Source: Chrysomallon squamiferum | Lineage: Eukaryota; Animalia; Mollusca | Reading direction: 5' to 3' | DNA length: 64,000 bases | Assembly (NCBI GenBank): GCA_012295275.1 | Contig: CM022671.1 | Span: forward strand, 32,116,001-32,180,000 | In this document: in pieces, positions 1 to 13,250 of the stretch | Layout: every line of letters begins with the position of its first letter | Position numbering within the stretch: the first letter of the stretch is position 1 | Position numbers and translations under genes: made by a program | Notes under the pieces: model-generated | What the model was told of the DNA's origin: nothing | Seen by the model: only the letters and a program-made list of their open reading frames with translations | Databases searched by the model: none

Positions 1-947
1 GAAAAAAAAGAAAGAAAAAAGAAAAGGAAAAAAAGGCTGCATTTGACGTAAAAATCCATGATAATTTGTAAATCATTTCTCTTCATAGTGTTGAAAAAAA
101 GGCTGCATTTGATTTCTTGGATAATTAATTCTTAATATCATAGAAGGAAATATTGATCGTGCACCGATGCAGAGAAATCTGCATTGATTTGTCTGATAAA
201 ACAGAAAGGATACATTTATATCGCATACTGATCTGTCTGGGATGTCCCTTGCTTAGTGAAATGGCAATTGCTTCAGCCTGACATTTAAAACCGTACCTAA
301 CTCTACATAAAGCATATAGTCCTAAAAGTTTATTACACTGTACACATGTCTGGGTTATTTAGTCTGCCATTTTAATTGATTATTGCAATGGAGATTTTCT
401 GTAAAATTCATGAAGAATATGTCTAACGAGTATTAGGAACAACTGAGTGTTTTAATGGGGGTTTTTTTTGTTTTGTATTTTTTAAATTATTGTAAAAAAA
501 ATTTGTTACATAATAATAAGGGTGTGTTATAATAATAATAATAATAATAATATAAAAAAAATATATATATATTTTCACTGTAGTATTTACTACAGCATCT
601 GATCTATGAATGTTGAGAAGAATTCATTGTTTGTAAATACATAATCTGAATTCGTAGTGAATTTATAAACTCTACCAGCTGTTACAGTAAAACCTTTTTT
701 TTTTGAATATACAGTTTGTATAACAACACGCAAACACTGGCTTCAGCAAGCCTTTCATGAAGATATTTCCATGATAAATATTTGTCTTTGGAAAAATGTT
801 GTTTTGAAAGGTAATGTCATAAATAAGGAATAGTAGACATTCTGTGAATAATATTTTAAGAAGAAAAAAAATTAAATATATGCCTTTTTGCCCATTTCTG
901 CTTGATTTTTGTTTTTCCATATAAAGCTTTGTTTGTATTTATAGATT

Positions 948-951
<4 letters not shown>

Positions 952-1001
<50 letters not shown>
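952..1001. repeat. (TG)n microsatellite
   Basis: Uninterrupted TG run of ~25 units. Confidence 0.97.
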
Positions 1002-1002
<1 letters not shown>

Positions 1003-3173
1003 CATATTGTGGCCATCATATCTCTAGTGTGTGTCTGCTTGTGTATGTGAGTCTATGCATTACTTTGTGATTAGAGCTGTGTATTATATATGTTAAGTTA
1101 AATTTGCTAGAATTTCTGATAGATCTCTAAAAATGATCTCTGGAGTCTGTTGTCTGTGGCATCTGGATCTTTCATGGTTGGTGTTTCTGCAGGAACCCTT
1201 GAGGAAGCACACATGTTTGACATATTAATAGACCATACAAATACTTTAGCAGAAGTGCTGGTACAAAATGTAGTCTGCATCAACATAACCATTTTAAAAA
1301 GTGGACCATTTTCTTTTTCATGTTGGTTGGTTATTTGATACAAGCCGAGTGGATATTAGTGCAGGAAAAACAATCTTGATAGATATACATTCATGGACCT
1401 GGTGTGCTTAACAAGCATTTCTTGTGCACTTCGAAAGCTAGTGCAGTGTAATTACACTCATGATGCTCAGCACAGCTGGTGGCAGGGCGAGAAAGGTTTT
1501 CTTTGACTGCATGCTTTCTGAGAGCAGCCTTTGTACACAGACAGATAGCCAGCCCAACACTAAATGAGGTCTCCCAGCATGAAGTTGAGATGTTAGTCAG
1601 CAAGCATTTCACAAAAATTGACAAAAACTGATGTCTCTGATCGGTAAAATAGTTGGCAGAAGAATTATTGTGTGCCAGTACAGCAGTAATTTGCATTTAA
1701 CTGAAATTTCTGGACTACCATTTTCTTTAGGCTTATTGATGTATGGATATTGTGTGACTGATGTGGCAGTTCAGACAGATGGATAGGAAAAATATAGCTT
1801 TCCTTATGGCTTAATAATATCTCATCTTGATTCTAAATATCTGACATTTACAAAGATACGTTATAAATCATTAGCTTTTCAGAGAGCGTTTTAATATTTG
1901 TCAAATGGCTGATAATTGTAATATGAACTCTAGAACCTGCATAAAAGAAGTTTCTTTTATAATTCTGAGATGGGGAGAAAAAAAGGGAATAAATTTGGCT
2001 TGAGTAGAAATGAAAAATAAACCATTGCTGACACTGTGTTTAAATAATGTTGAGAATTTTTAGAACAGGTGTTTTCTGTAAAGAAGCATGCAGCTTTGTT
2101 ATTAACAAGTAAATGTTATTTTATTCTGGATTTTATATATATATATATATAATTATTATTATTGTTATTAATACTTTAAATATTGATAGCTTTTTGTGAT
2201 ATGGATAAGAAATAAAATTCATCTTGGAGTATTTGTTCATTCAGATGATAGAGATTTAAATAAAATATTAAAAATAAAAACTTGAGAAAATTCTGAGACT
2301 TCTTTGTTGGGCAAAACAAAGGTAACAAAGGACATTTTAATTTTAATGGTATAGGCTTCGTTTTATTAATTTACTTATTTATTTACTGAATATTATTTAC
2401 ATTTTAATTTTTTTTTTTTTTTTTTTTTTTAAAAACATTGTATAAATGTTAATATGTAAATTTAAATTCTGCATTAAATTTTAATATTGATTTATTTACA
2501 AGGTGCTGTTTTATTTACATTTTAAACAGTTCTGTAAATAATTTTATTTCTTTTTGTGAAAGGCATTTTTTATTTTAAATTATGCTGTTATTTATCTGCT
2601 TATTTTTAAAATTTTATACTTATTTCTGAATTCAATAATTTATTTATATATTAGTAAATAAATTCTGATAACACTTTCACAGTTTACCTGTTTGGTGACA
2701 GAATTTTGTCATGTATCACGAAACTGTTTGTTTGTAACAGCTGTTTGTATACTGTTTGTAATATCACTGTTAATTTAGATCACACACACACAAACTATGA
2801 ATTCTTATTAACATTCAAAGTCCTGGTGCTAAGTAAGCTGGATCAGTTGAAACATTTCTAAGCAACTGTTATTATTGCTGTTATTGTTGTTGAGTTAATT
2901 AATTTTTTTAAATGTATTTAAATTCAAACTAATTAATTCATCTTACATTTTGTTATACATATAATACCTAAAGCCACTATGTTTTGGTGAGATGATGAAT
3001 TTTTCTTAGGATTACAGATACTATTGAAGAAATCTTTTTTTTTTTTTTTTTAATATAATTTAGTAAAGGCAAATAAATTAATATACAGATACCAGACCAT
3101 TTATTTGGCTTCCAGAAAATAAGAATTATAATTTCATTCTTTACTTCTTGCTGTTTATTTTATATTTAATGCA

Positions 3174-3248
3174 TGTATCTGTCTGTCTGTCTGTCTGTCT
3201 ATCTTTGTTTCTCTGTAACAGACTGCCAGACAGACAGACAGAGATACA
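3174..3248. repeat. Inverted (CTGT)n/(CAGA)n tetranucleotide repeat, hairpin-capable
   Basis: tgtatctgtctgtctgtctg...cagacagacagacagagataca; the arms are approximate reverse complements around a ~25-nt spacer. Confidence 0.8.
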
Positions 3249-4044
3249 CACAAACACAATAGACATACAGACACCTTGGTCCAGAAAACTGACAAATCTA
3301 GAAATCCTGGCCTCCTTTGATCCCAACCATGTTCTCTCACAGTTTTTGTTTTTTGTTTTGTTTTGTAGTTTAAATATATTCTGTCAGTGTTAAAGTAAAT
3401 ATTGCAAATATTTTACATAATGCCCCTATAAATATCACTTACATATTGGCATATGTAATATCATTTATATATATAGACATTTCAGTAACTGTGTGTAATA
3501 CTTTTAACATAAACTTACTTTTATCATTGCAAGCATCATTTGCATATTAACTTGCCCAGTTTAATTATTTCTGTACATATGAAATAATTCATAATTAGTC
3601 TTTTTGACCTTCCACTACATAAAAGATATTATTTTCAAAATAAATTATGTGTTATAAAGGATATGCTGTTAGGTAATATTAATGTTGAGTGTAAATTAAT
3701 CCAAAAGTGTAATTATATATCATTACATGATTAATGGCATTTGTATGGGTCTCTACCACATTAACAGTAAAGGATTATATTGTGTTTTTTGTTGTTGTTT
3801 CTTGACATTTAACTATTTTTAAAGAGTTTTTTAATATTTTAATCCACATACTGAAAAAAAAAATATATAAATATAAAAAAATAATAATAATAATAATAAT
3901 AAACAAAAATAACTAATAATAAAAAAAGAAAAGAACAATTTTTTTTTAAAATTAAATGTTGAAAGATATGAAACATAACAATTCTTGACCAGTAATGATT
4001 TGTTATGTTGAAATTGTGGACTAATATTTTGTTGATTAAAAAAA

Positions 4045-4197
4045 CAGTGATGGGATTTTCATAATCACCTTTCCATAGGAAAGTACTTACCAAACCTTTA
4101 ATAAAACAATCATGGAATTATTCTAAAACAGGAAGTAGTTGAGGAGAACTGATCCAACATTCCTCAGGCCAGTATTGTAACTACTGGACTACAGCCA
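4045..4197 (-). mobile_element. Decayed tRNA-derived SINE fragment
   Basis: Minus strand begins ggctgtagtccagtagtt (A-box-like) ... ggatcagttc (B-box-like). The body (gggattttcata...cacctttccatagg...cttaccaaacctttaat) aligns by eye with the copies at 5868, 19300 and 27923. Confidence 0.55.
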
Positions 4198-4283
4198 TAT
4201 CTTTATTTTAATCTTGATTTATTACAAAGTTGTTATGTAATTCTGAAATTTATGAGTTTGTTGTGACCTGATAGCAAAGCATA

Positions 4284-4285
<2 letters not shown>

Positions 4286-4344
<59 letters not shown>
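4286..4344. repeat. Compound (TG)n(GA)n microsatellite
   Basis: Direct reading. Confidence 0.95.
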
Positions 4345-4409
4345 TAGTACACACCCACACACTCAAACATACATACAAGTATGTGTTTTTTATATATGTG
4401 TGTGTGTGT

Positions 4410-5225
4410 AAACAGTGCATAAACAGATTAATACTGATAATACTGCATAAACAGATTAATAATGAATAAATATAAAGATTAATATTGAGATTAGTGCATA
4501 TAAAACATATGAAAACTTAAGAGTAATGAATATTACTCTTGATATATGTATAAGCAAATTAATACTGAAAACAAAACAGCCAGATAATGTTTTGAATAAA
4601 GCATAAATAGATTAACTCTTAGAATAATACATGATCTGAACAGTGCTGAGAATGATATGTAAACACAGGTATCAAACTGAGCATAAACCATTTAACACTT
4701 ACACTTATAATTAATGAATAAAAAATATTAATGCAGATAAATAATACACGATACCAGTGTTAAGTTAAACATAAACCAGTTTAACCTGAAAATAATCTGA
4801 AAAACAGATTAATACTGAAAATAATAAACAGGAGACATGTTGAATGCCAACAAGTAATAATCACCATGATAATTAACATAAACAGATTAATACTTAAGAA
4901 TGATACACAATCTGATGTATACTGAAAACAAAATACCAACTTGTCAATGCTGTGACAAAATATATAAACGTAAGTATTAATTAAATGTGTATATCCTGGA
5001 ATAATGTGTCAGTTTTTCAAAACTGAAAACAATATCTAAACAGTTAACAATAGTATTACTTAAACAGATTAATACTAAAATATGTAGGTAAACTCTAAAC
5101 TCGACAACACTAAAAGTAATGTTAAACAGTTCATATTAGTAAAACATGAATGGATTAATTCTAATGCTGTATTAACATGTAACAAACAGTTGATTGTGAA
5201 CACACTTTCAGTTAATGATTTTAAC
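4410..5225. repeat. Ancient eroded minisatellite, ~27-28 bp unit (GCATAAACAGATTAATACTGAAAATAAT-like)
   Basis: AAACAGATTAATA recurs at ~4421, 4449, 4802, 4880 and 5062, with degenerate copies in between. Confidence 0.75.
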
Positions 5226-5867
5226 TAATGACCATTGAAATGGCTGCTCTGTAGGGAAATGAAACAAATGCATACATGACACTCAGCACTTAGTTAATCA
5301 TTAGGTGTCAAGTGGCTGGTATATGTGACCTTTGATACACAGTCTTGGAAAAGAAACCCCAATATTTATGTAGTACAAAGAGAATGATGTTTAGAACCTG
5401 GAGGGCTCTGAAAACAGCATATTTCCCCCACTTTAGTGAGACACTAAGTTGGCCATTACAGACTAAGCAATCAAAACACTATTGATTTAACATGGTTTCC
5501 TGTTTGATTGGACTATTCTAGTGTCTATTGTTACTTCCTTGTATTAGCATTTGTTTGGCACTGGAATGATGATATGCTGTAAACCATCTGATAGTTTGAT
5601 CACAAAGTTAATTCTTTTTTTCACACTTGTATATATACGTGCACACAGGCACATAATCACTATTATGATCTAGAGGTGAGGAGATGCACATAAGACACAC
5701 ATGAACACACACATAACCATATTTAGTGTATATTACATTACAGTGTTATATAACAGGTTTATACGACAGCTGTATTTAATAATAAAAACATAATACTCGG
5801 ATATTAAATAATGTTTTTTTCTATAATCTAATTGTGAGCATTCAGTTCAAATAATGCATAAATTATC

Positions 5868-6037
5868 CTAGTGATGGAAATCTTATTAGTAATAAGGAAT
5901 CGTAAATGAACTTCCCATACACAGAAAAATCATAACTTGCCCTTTTATTGACTAGTAATGAGACGCAGGTTTAAACAGATGAGATTTGATCCTGTGACCA
6001 ATCATGCCTCATTCCCAAATTAACCACTGACCTGCCC
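5868..6037 (-). mobile_element. Decayed tRNA-derived SINE fragment
   Basis: gatttgatcctgtgacc...ttaaccactgacctgccc is the reverse complement of B-box and A-box-like motifs. The upstream body (tagtaataaggaatc...cttcccatacacag) is collinear with the other copies. Confidence 0.55.
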
Positions 6038-8268
6038 TAATATTCTCTGACTCAGTAGGTCAAACAAAGTGATGGAGAAAGAGAAAGAAAGAAAAACCCC
6101 AAAATGCAGAACAGCTAAATTACAAAATCAATTGCTATTATTTTTTTTTCTTATTCACAAAAAAAAAATCATGATTTACTGCATCGCTTTTAGCAGAGAG
6201 GCCACAGCACTTGTTTCCTGATGAAACACTGGTTGTGGTAATCGAGATGGCAGCAGCTTGCCAATGCATTCTGCTGCACATTAGCAAATACGACTGGTGT
6301 GTTAAATCAATGTTATATAAACTGATGGTGTTTAGTTTGAGAAAACAAGTGCTGCTTGTTCTTGTTTACTCATTAAGATTAAATTATTGTCGGCAGTTTG
6401 GCTTGCATTTCTCGACTCTAATTTCTGTGTGATTAGCTGCTAATATATATGTGTGTTGTTGCTGCTCGGCACAATGGAGTGTGCTCTAACATGATTCATG
6501 TGGTGCTGTCAGAACGTTTTATCTTCACAGTGTCACAGCAGACAGCTATTCTTGGTGTTATTCATGCGTTATTACTTCTTGGTAGGTTTGGGGAACATAG
6601 CTTCACAGATCATAGCATATATGTAACAAATGCTGTTTGTCTGTTTGGTGGTCTTGTTTCTTCTGTTAAAAAAGAACTGGGAGAGAGAAAAAAATAGGAA
6701 AAGTATACAGAAACAAAGCAGTGAAATTATATTTTTGAAAAAAAAAAACACCCTCAAAAAACCCAACAACAACTATTTGAAAATATTAGAATATCCATAT
6801 ATAATTTCTGGATATGTAATATTCTAACCAACAAAAAAAAGCAAACACCCAATACATTTATTATCCCCCAAAACCAACTTCCCAGATTAAAATAAAAACA
6901 TACTTTTCTTTATGATAATTTTAAAGCAAACTGATTTAGAGGGAACTGATTTAAAAAATTTATGAAATTTACTTTTAAATTCTTATGTTTTAGTTTAGAT
7001 AAAGCTAGAAATTTTATTTCATTTTTCATTTTTTTTTTTTTTTTTTTTTTTTTCACTTTACCCTGTTTCTCCAAGTTTTCAAAATCAGCATGAACAAGAA
7101 AATTGATTTTATTTAGACAATTAAATAAATTCCATGAAAAATTCAGCAAAAAACTGTTGTTTAAAAAAGAAAACCAATATTGGTTTTCACTCTTCTTAAT
7201 AAACAAATATTTAGCTATTGATTACCTCTGTAAATGATACATGCTGTAAAGACAAAGGAAAAAAAAAAAAAAAAAAGATCATATTCATACATCTGTTCAA
7301 ATGTGCATTACTTTGTTTATTTTAAAAGATTATTGTTGTAACAATTAGTAATTAAATATTTGTGTTTTAATACAGCAATAATGAAATAAATTGCATATAT
7401 AATGTTTATTTACTTATATATTATATTTCAAATTTTTAAGATTTTAAGGAATAAACACATTTTTGGGGTAGAAATACTTTGTAATCAACAATTTATAAAC
7501 TTTTTCCGCTTGCTAGTCAGGTTTTGGTGAGTTTTAAAATGAGAATATGCCTTATTATTTATTTATTTTTATTTTTGTGTTTTAAAACCTTTCAACACAA
7601 TAAAAAATAAATAATAATATGCTGCAGTGCATCACAAACTGTATTCTTTTATACTGGCCTAAATTTACACACAACAGCTTGAAGTTGTGTTATCCAAAAA
7701 GGACACTTTAACAAGCAATAAATACCACCTGTAAAGCCTAGTTGAAAAATGTTTACCTTTCACTGCCATTGTTAACCCACCTGAAGTGTCCAGGTAGCAT
7801 TATTCAGTGTTACCTTGTCGACATAAAGCTCGAGGTGTGTGTCTGATAAGATATATCACAATGTACAGTTTATGTCCTAAGACTTACAATAAACAGGTGG
7901 GATCACATGGGAATTAAGATTGGTGACTGGACTTCATGCTCTTGTGTTGCAAATGTTCTGTTTATCACACTTATTATCTCTGATAGAACAGTTTTTAGAA
8001 TAACAGTGGCATTGAGGGTTAACTATTTATTAACACTTTGAAGTAGTTGAGAGAATCGCCTACATTTTGCTGTTACTTTATCTGAAAGATATCTTTGATA
8101 AAAGAAAAGATAGAAATAAAAAAAATAAAGGAAAAGAGTGTTATTAACATTATTTCTTGTAATACGTATATAACACATATGTTTTAATATAAAGGGATTG
8201 TCTTGTAATTTCTTTTGATTTTATAAGTATATTATTATTTTAAAAATGGATCTGTTTTTGCAAATATG

Positions 8269-8310
8269 TAACTAATTTTTCTTTTCTTTTCTTTTCCTTT
8301 CCAGGTAAGT
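8269..8310 (+). other. Candidate recursive splice site (ratchet point): branch point + polypyrimidine tract + CAG|GTAAGT
   Basis: TAACTAAT at 8269-8276, then a pure pyrimidine tract ttttcttttcttttcttttcctttc, CAG at 8302-8304, and a perfect consensus donor GTAAGT at 8305-8310. Same strand as the exon at 58205. Confidence 0.7.
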
Positions 8311-8373
8311 TTATCCATTATACAGAATTTTGAAAACATGGTGGTAGAAATAGAATCTAGGACTGAAACTAAG
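8305..8373 (+). CDS. Putative 69-nt RS/cassette exon, phase 0, VSLSIIQNFENMVVEIESRTETK
   Basis: Strong acceptor at 8304; possible donor AAG|GTTTGT at 8373/8374. 23 stop-free codons with a purine-rich 3' half. Phase-compatible with the exon at 58205-58315. Confidence 0.4.
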
Positions 8374-9960
8374 GTTTGTTTTTATTTTCATTAGTTTTAT
8401 TTCGCTCACTGTGTCTGATAAAACATTTGACCTGAGGAGTAATGGATAACAATTCATTTTTTTTTTTTTTTTTTTTTTGTCCTTGTCCATTGTGCTGTTT
8501 CTCAGCTCAGCAGTGTTCCAAGACATCTGTATCAAAAATATTAAAGAACTCTTGCTTTTAGTAGCCCATGAAGTGTTAGCATCAACTAACTGGGTTTATT
8601 TACTGTTAATTAAACAGAAATCTAGCAACTATTAATAATGATGTAAATATGTTTAGAAGTACCATGTATACATGTTACAAAAATATTTGTTTTTCCTGTA
8701 TTAAATTTATATTTTTGGTGAAAGTATTAAAACTTGGCTTCCTTACAAAGGTGAGAAAATACCCTTTTTGTGACAACAGCAGGCGATAGCCTTGACTAAA
8801 TGGAGCCATGTTTTAAAAGCATCATCAAAAAACACTTTAAAAAAATCATTAATTGGAGATTTTTTGAGGGAGAATTCAAGTGGCTAAATCCTGACATATT
8901 CAAGTTGTTTATGCTTTATGTGAGAAGATTTTTTTTTTTTTTTTTCTTTTTTTTTTTGTTGTTGTTGTTAAGATACATTTTCATTTGTAGAGTTTTCTAA
9001 ATTGAGAAATGCCAATAATTAGCAAATTAAAGAGCAAGATATCATTTTAAAATTATCCATAATATTGACATCCAAATTATTGAGTTAATTTTCTTTTAAA
9101 TAAAAAAAATAAAAAAATAAAAAATAAAATAAACAATGAAACAGAGCAACTAAAACAAAACCAGTAATCAAAACACCACATTCTACACTGTAATTTTCTT
9201 TTAGTATTGCTATCACCACTTTATTTTTTTTTTTTTTTTTTTTTTTTTCTAATTTAATAGCCCATTCACTCATATTACCAATTTTAAACCATGTTCATTC
9301 TGGGCTTTATTTTTTAAACAAGAGGCAGCTTTGTCCACTAGACAGTCCATTGTTTAATAGACACAAGAACACCAAGTTCTCATCAGGCAGTGAGGAGCCT
9401 ACCTGTAGATTAGTTTTCTCCCTGACATGGCTGATTAATGGGGCCATGCTCTCTGTCATACTTTAAGCTGTTTGTCCCGTGACAGCTCTAAGCTTGACAA
9501 GCACCCTAGTGAGCAGCCATTGTGCCCTGATGTAGAGAGAGATCCACTTGGAAATGCGTCCTGTTCTGTTACTAATATTAACAAGAATTCTGAACTTGAT
9601 GTCCTCCTGTTATTTTTTATATTTTTATTTTTTATTATTGTTGTTATTATTATTTTTAAATCTGGTGTATCAGACCTGCTGTTTTATACATGGATAAAGG
9701 ATGGGTCTGGATTTATTGGAAATGGGCTGATGGGTTTTTATCTCATCATGGGATTTTATGTTGTTAAGATCTGTCCTTTTAATTATTTTACTTGTCAGTT
9801 CAGTAACCAGTCAGAATATTAAAAAAGAAAGAAAAAAGGTAAATGGTTTTAATGACTGTTAGTAAGCAGTTAAGTGATTTTATTGTAATTTGGAAAGTCA
9901 ATGCTGCCATGTAAACTGTTATTGTCTGCTTTTCAAAAAAATACAAAAAAACAACATTAA

Positions 9961-9966
9961 TAATAA

Positions 9967-10001
<35 letters not shown>

Positions 10002-10003
10002 AT
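9961..10003. repeat. (TAAA)n microsatellite
   Basis: Direct reading. Confidence 0.9.
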
Positions 10004-10068
10004 GAAAAAAGTTCTGTAGTTGATACATCAGTCATAGAAAGGAAAAAAAAGAAAGAAGAAAATTAACT

Positions 10069-10130
10069 GGTACATTGAGGAGGATTTATCCTACAACTCA
10101 TGATTCTTATGTTAAGCGTTGCATAATATA
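10069..10130 (-). mobile_element. SINE head remnant
   Basis: gaggaggatttatcctacaactc...aagcgtt matches the B-box region (ggattgatcc) of the other copies. Confidence 0.35.
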
Positions 10131-10576
10131 TAATATATTAGAATAAAATTATAATCAGGTTTCATACATGTCAGTATTGATTGTGTCTTTTTTCTTTTTT
10201 CCCTCTTATTCTCTACATTTCTTTCCATCTTGTTTTCATTATCCTTTTTTTCTTTCTTATCTTTCCTTTATTTTGCTTTCATCTTTTTTCTTTCCTCTAC
10301 ATAATCCATTTTCTTTTTTAGTTTCTTCCATTTTTTTTTTTTTTTCCACTTTTCTTTTTCACCAATACCCACTAATTTTCTGTGAGATACTGAAGTTGTT
10401 TGTTTTTATATAATTACATTCCACTTTTGCATGTTGAAAACTGAGATCATGTACATCTTTACTGGCAACAATTAGCTTGTTATCGCGACTGCAAGTCTCT
10501 GCCACATAACTTAACACTCAGATTCCTCAAAAGAAGTAATCTTAGCAACAGAAGAATGCATTTGTTTCTCCATCAA

Positions 10577-10611
<35 letters not shown>

Positions 10612-11140
10612 CAAGCAGAGATAACATTTGATTTTAATTAAATTGCACTTGAAACTTTATGACAGTTTCCTTGATAATATGAAGAATAAAAATCAGTTCC
10701 ATTTTTTGTTTATTTAATTTTTTTCCCCCTAGTTTTAATTGCAGTTTCTAGTTTTCTTTCTTTTCCTTTTCTTTGTTGTTTGTTATTGTTTGTTTTTAAA
10801 TTTTGATTTACTCAACTTTCTTGTCATTTCTTTTTCATTTTCCCCTACCTTTTTTTAAGCATCACAATTCATTTTGAAAGACAGATAGATAGCTCCAAGT
10901 ACAGCTGACATCTTGATACTGTATTTCACCATCTGTTTATTTTCATGGTTGAAGCTAATGTTGATTCTTTGTTTCTGTTGTAAAATCTTATCATAAATAA
11001 ATAGTTTATTATTTTGCACCAGGATCACTGTTCTGAATACTGTGGGCATTGCAATATTGTAATTTTACTAATTAAAAACATTTCATAATTTAATTTTTTT
11101 TTTTTTTTTTAGATTCTAAATCTGTATTTGTTCTATTTTA

Positions 11141-11580
11141 CTGTTGTATGTAATATTACTGTTACTACCACTGCTGCCAACAAAAGATTTATTATTCTGT
11201 AATAATAATAAAGCATTTTAATGCTATGAAGTTGTTTCTACTACAGTTACTATATCAATTTTGCTGTTATTATTACAACTACAGCTGCTGTTACTGCCTT
11301 ATCATACCCTGTTATTTAGTATTACTATTATGTTATTTATAAGTGAAATTATTATTATTACTGTTATATTATTAGTATTAGTATTAGGATTGGTATTGGT
11401 ATTATTTTTGTTTTTGTTGTTGTTGCTATTGTTTTCATTATTATTGTACTTGTTGTTGTTACTACCACTACTACAACAACAAATACTTCTACTACTACTG
11501 CCACCCTGCTACCACTTCAGTTGCTTTAATACTTCAACAGTTTTTATTTTCTGAAGTTGTTGTTTAACTACTCCTTTTAC
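11141..11580. repeat. Cryptic trinucleotide low-complexity tract (TAT/TAC/TGT)
   Basis: Mixed tta/cta/ttg triplets; this tract produces the spurious poly-Leu ORF 11261-11554. Confidence 0.75.
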
Positions 11581-12319
11581 TCTACAGCCCTGATCTAAGT
11601 GATAGTGCTGTCAGACATATGTATACAAGACCTTGTTGAATGTACTTATGTTACATGTATTGATTACCTGACAAGCTAAGTTTTTGATCCAGAATGAAAA
11701 TTGCCTGCTGATATAAATAATGTACATGTAGAAACATATTGGTTTTATGTAAATATTAATTCAGTTTCGACTCCAGCCACTACAGTAACAGGATTAAGCT
11801 GGATGGCCAAGACTAGTAGACAACTACACCAGAGTTCAAACCTAGTTAACTATGTCCTCAAGCTACGGCTACTTTAATTTCATTCAAACAGTGATTGGCT
11901 TAATCTAATTCTACTCTGTTGAAAGAAGGTTATGTTTAAAAAGGGCTGTATTCACTGTGTTAGGTTACAATCAATAAACACTGTTTACCAAATCATTTCA
12001 CCAAATTCTTCATTGTAGAAGTTACCAGCCTGCTTAGTGTTGTGTCCCTAAAGAAAATTGGCAGAAATTAGATGTAACTTTTCTTTTATTTGTTATGCTA
12101 TAATACTGGCAGTGGTTAAAGAAAATTATCTAAAAAAGGGAAAAAATGAATGTTCTGAAATGGGAAAAATTGTAATTATGCATGTGTTCATTTACATGCA
12201 TATTTATGCATTTTTATAAATGTACCCCTTTCGTGCACTTCTGTCAATGCTGTCAGTATTGTGCACAGGCCTTCATGCATTACTGGTTAGTATTCATAAA
12301 GATCACAAGCATACACCCT

Positions 12320-13250
12320 CATTCTGTCAGTTTATTCTGTAACTAACCACCTTTGAGCTTGAGTCTCATTTAATATAGTGACTTTACTATCAGCATTCAC
12401 TTACTGTAGTTATTACTGTCAGTAACAACTAACCTAGTTACAATTGGTAACCTTACAGTTTACTGTATGCCAGTCTTGTTTTCAGTTCACAGGAATAAAT
12501 GAATTATTACTTACAGCAGCTAAAGAAAGACGTTGTTATTTTAAAGTCTTAAGTGATGGTAGTATTGAGAAAAACTGGCATTTTTATCAGTTACCAACAA
12601 AAGGTCTTTTAAATATAGCTTTCGTTACATGCTGTGGCTGCAGCAGGAAATAGCTTAATGATTGCATTAAGAAGCTTGAACAAACAACCCACCAGGTACA
12701 GTCTGCTTTGATTTTCAGTTTATTATCAGAAATTGCTCTAGTCAGTTTGAAGTCAGAAAGTATTTAAGTCAGTTCACTTTAAGCTGATACTGTAGTAGGT
12801 TTGCAGCCAAAAACTCCTATTAGTCATTTTATTATTAGCATTTACTATCAGCAATAGCTATGGTTAACAGTTGCTCTATTAAGCTTGCAGTCAGAAACTT
12901 TAATAATTTTATATAAGTATATCACTATATGCTGAAGATAATTTCTGTTTTGCTTCACATAATAAAGTCAGTTTGGAACTCGTCACCATTATGCCAATTT
13001 ACTGTCAACAGACATTGTAGTCCCATTTACTTTCAACTGACACTATACTATCATTAGCAGACATTGTAGTAAGTTTATCATCACATAATCACAAACACCG
13101 TAGTCAGTTTACTTCCAGTAGACACTGTTGTTAATTTACTATCAGCAGCCACTAGTCAGATACTATGGGCAGACATTGTAGTCAGTCAGTTCAGGGTCAC
13201 CGCATGTTATAAACATCTGCTATGATCAGTTTACTACCAGCGGCATTATC
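12320..13250. repeat. Ancient eroded minisatellite, ~27 bp unit (CAGTTTACTATCAGCAGACATTGTAGT-like)
   Basis: cagacattgtagt at ~13009, 13058 and 13170; tttactatcagca at ~12383, 12841 and 13135; many degenerate agtcagttt copies. Confidence 0.75.

Noticed and set aside
1468-1490. cacagctggtgg similarity to miR-317
   Set aside because: Seed mismatched and no precursor hairpin.
10455-10480. Resemblance to a miR-8/200 arm (catctttactggcaacaattag)
   Set aside because: No complementary partner arm or hairpin; no mature miR-8-3p sequence nearby.
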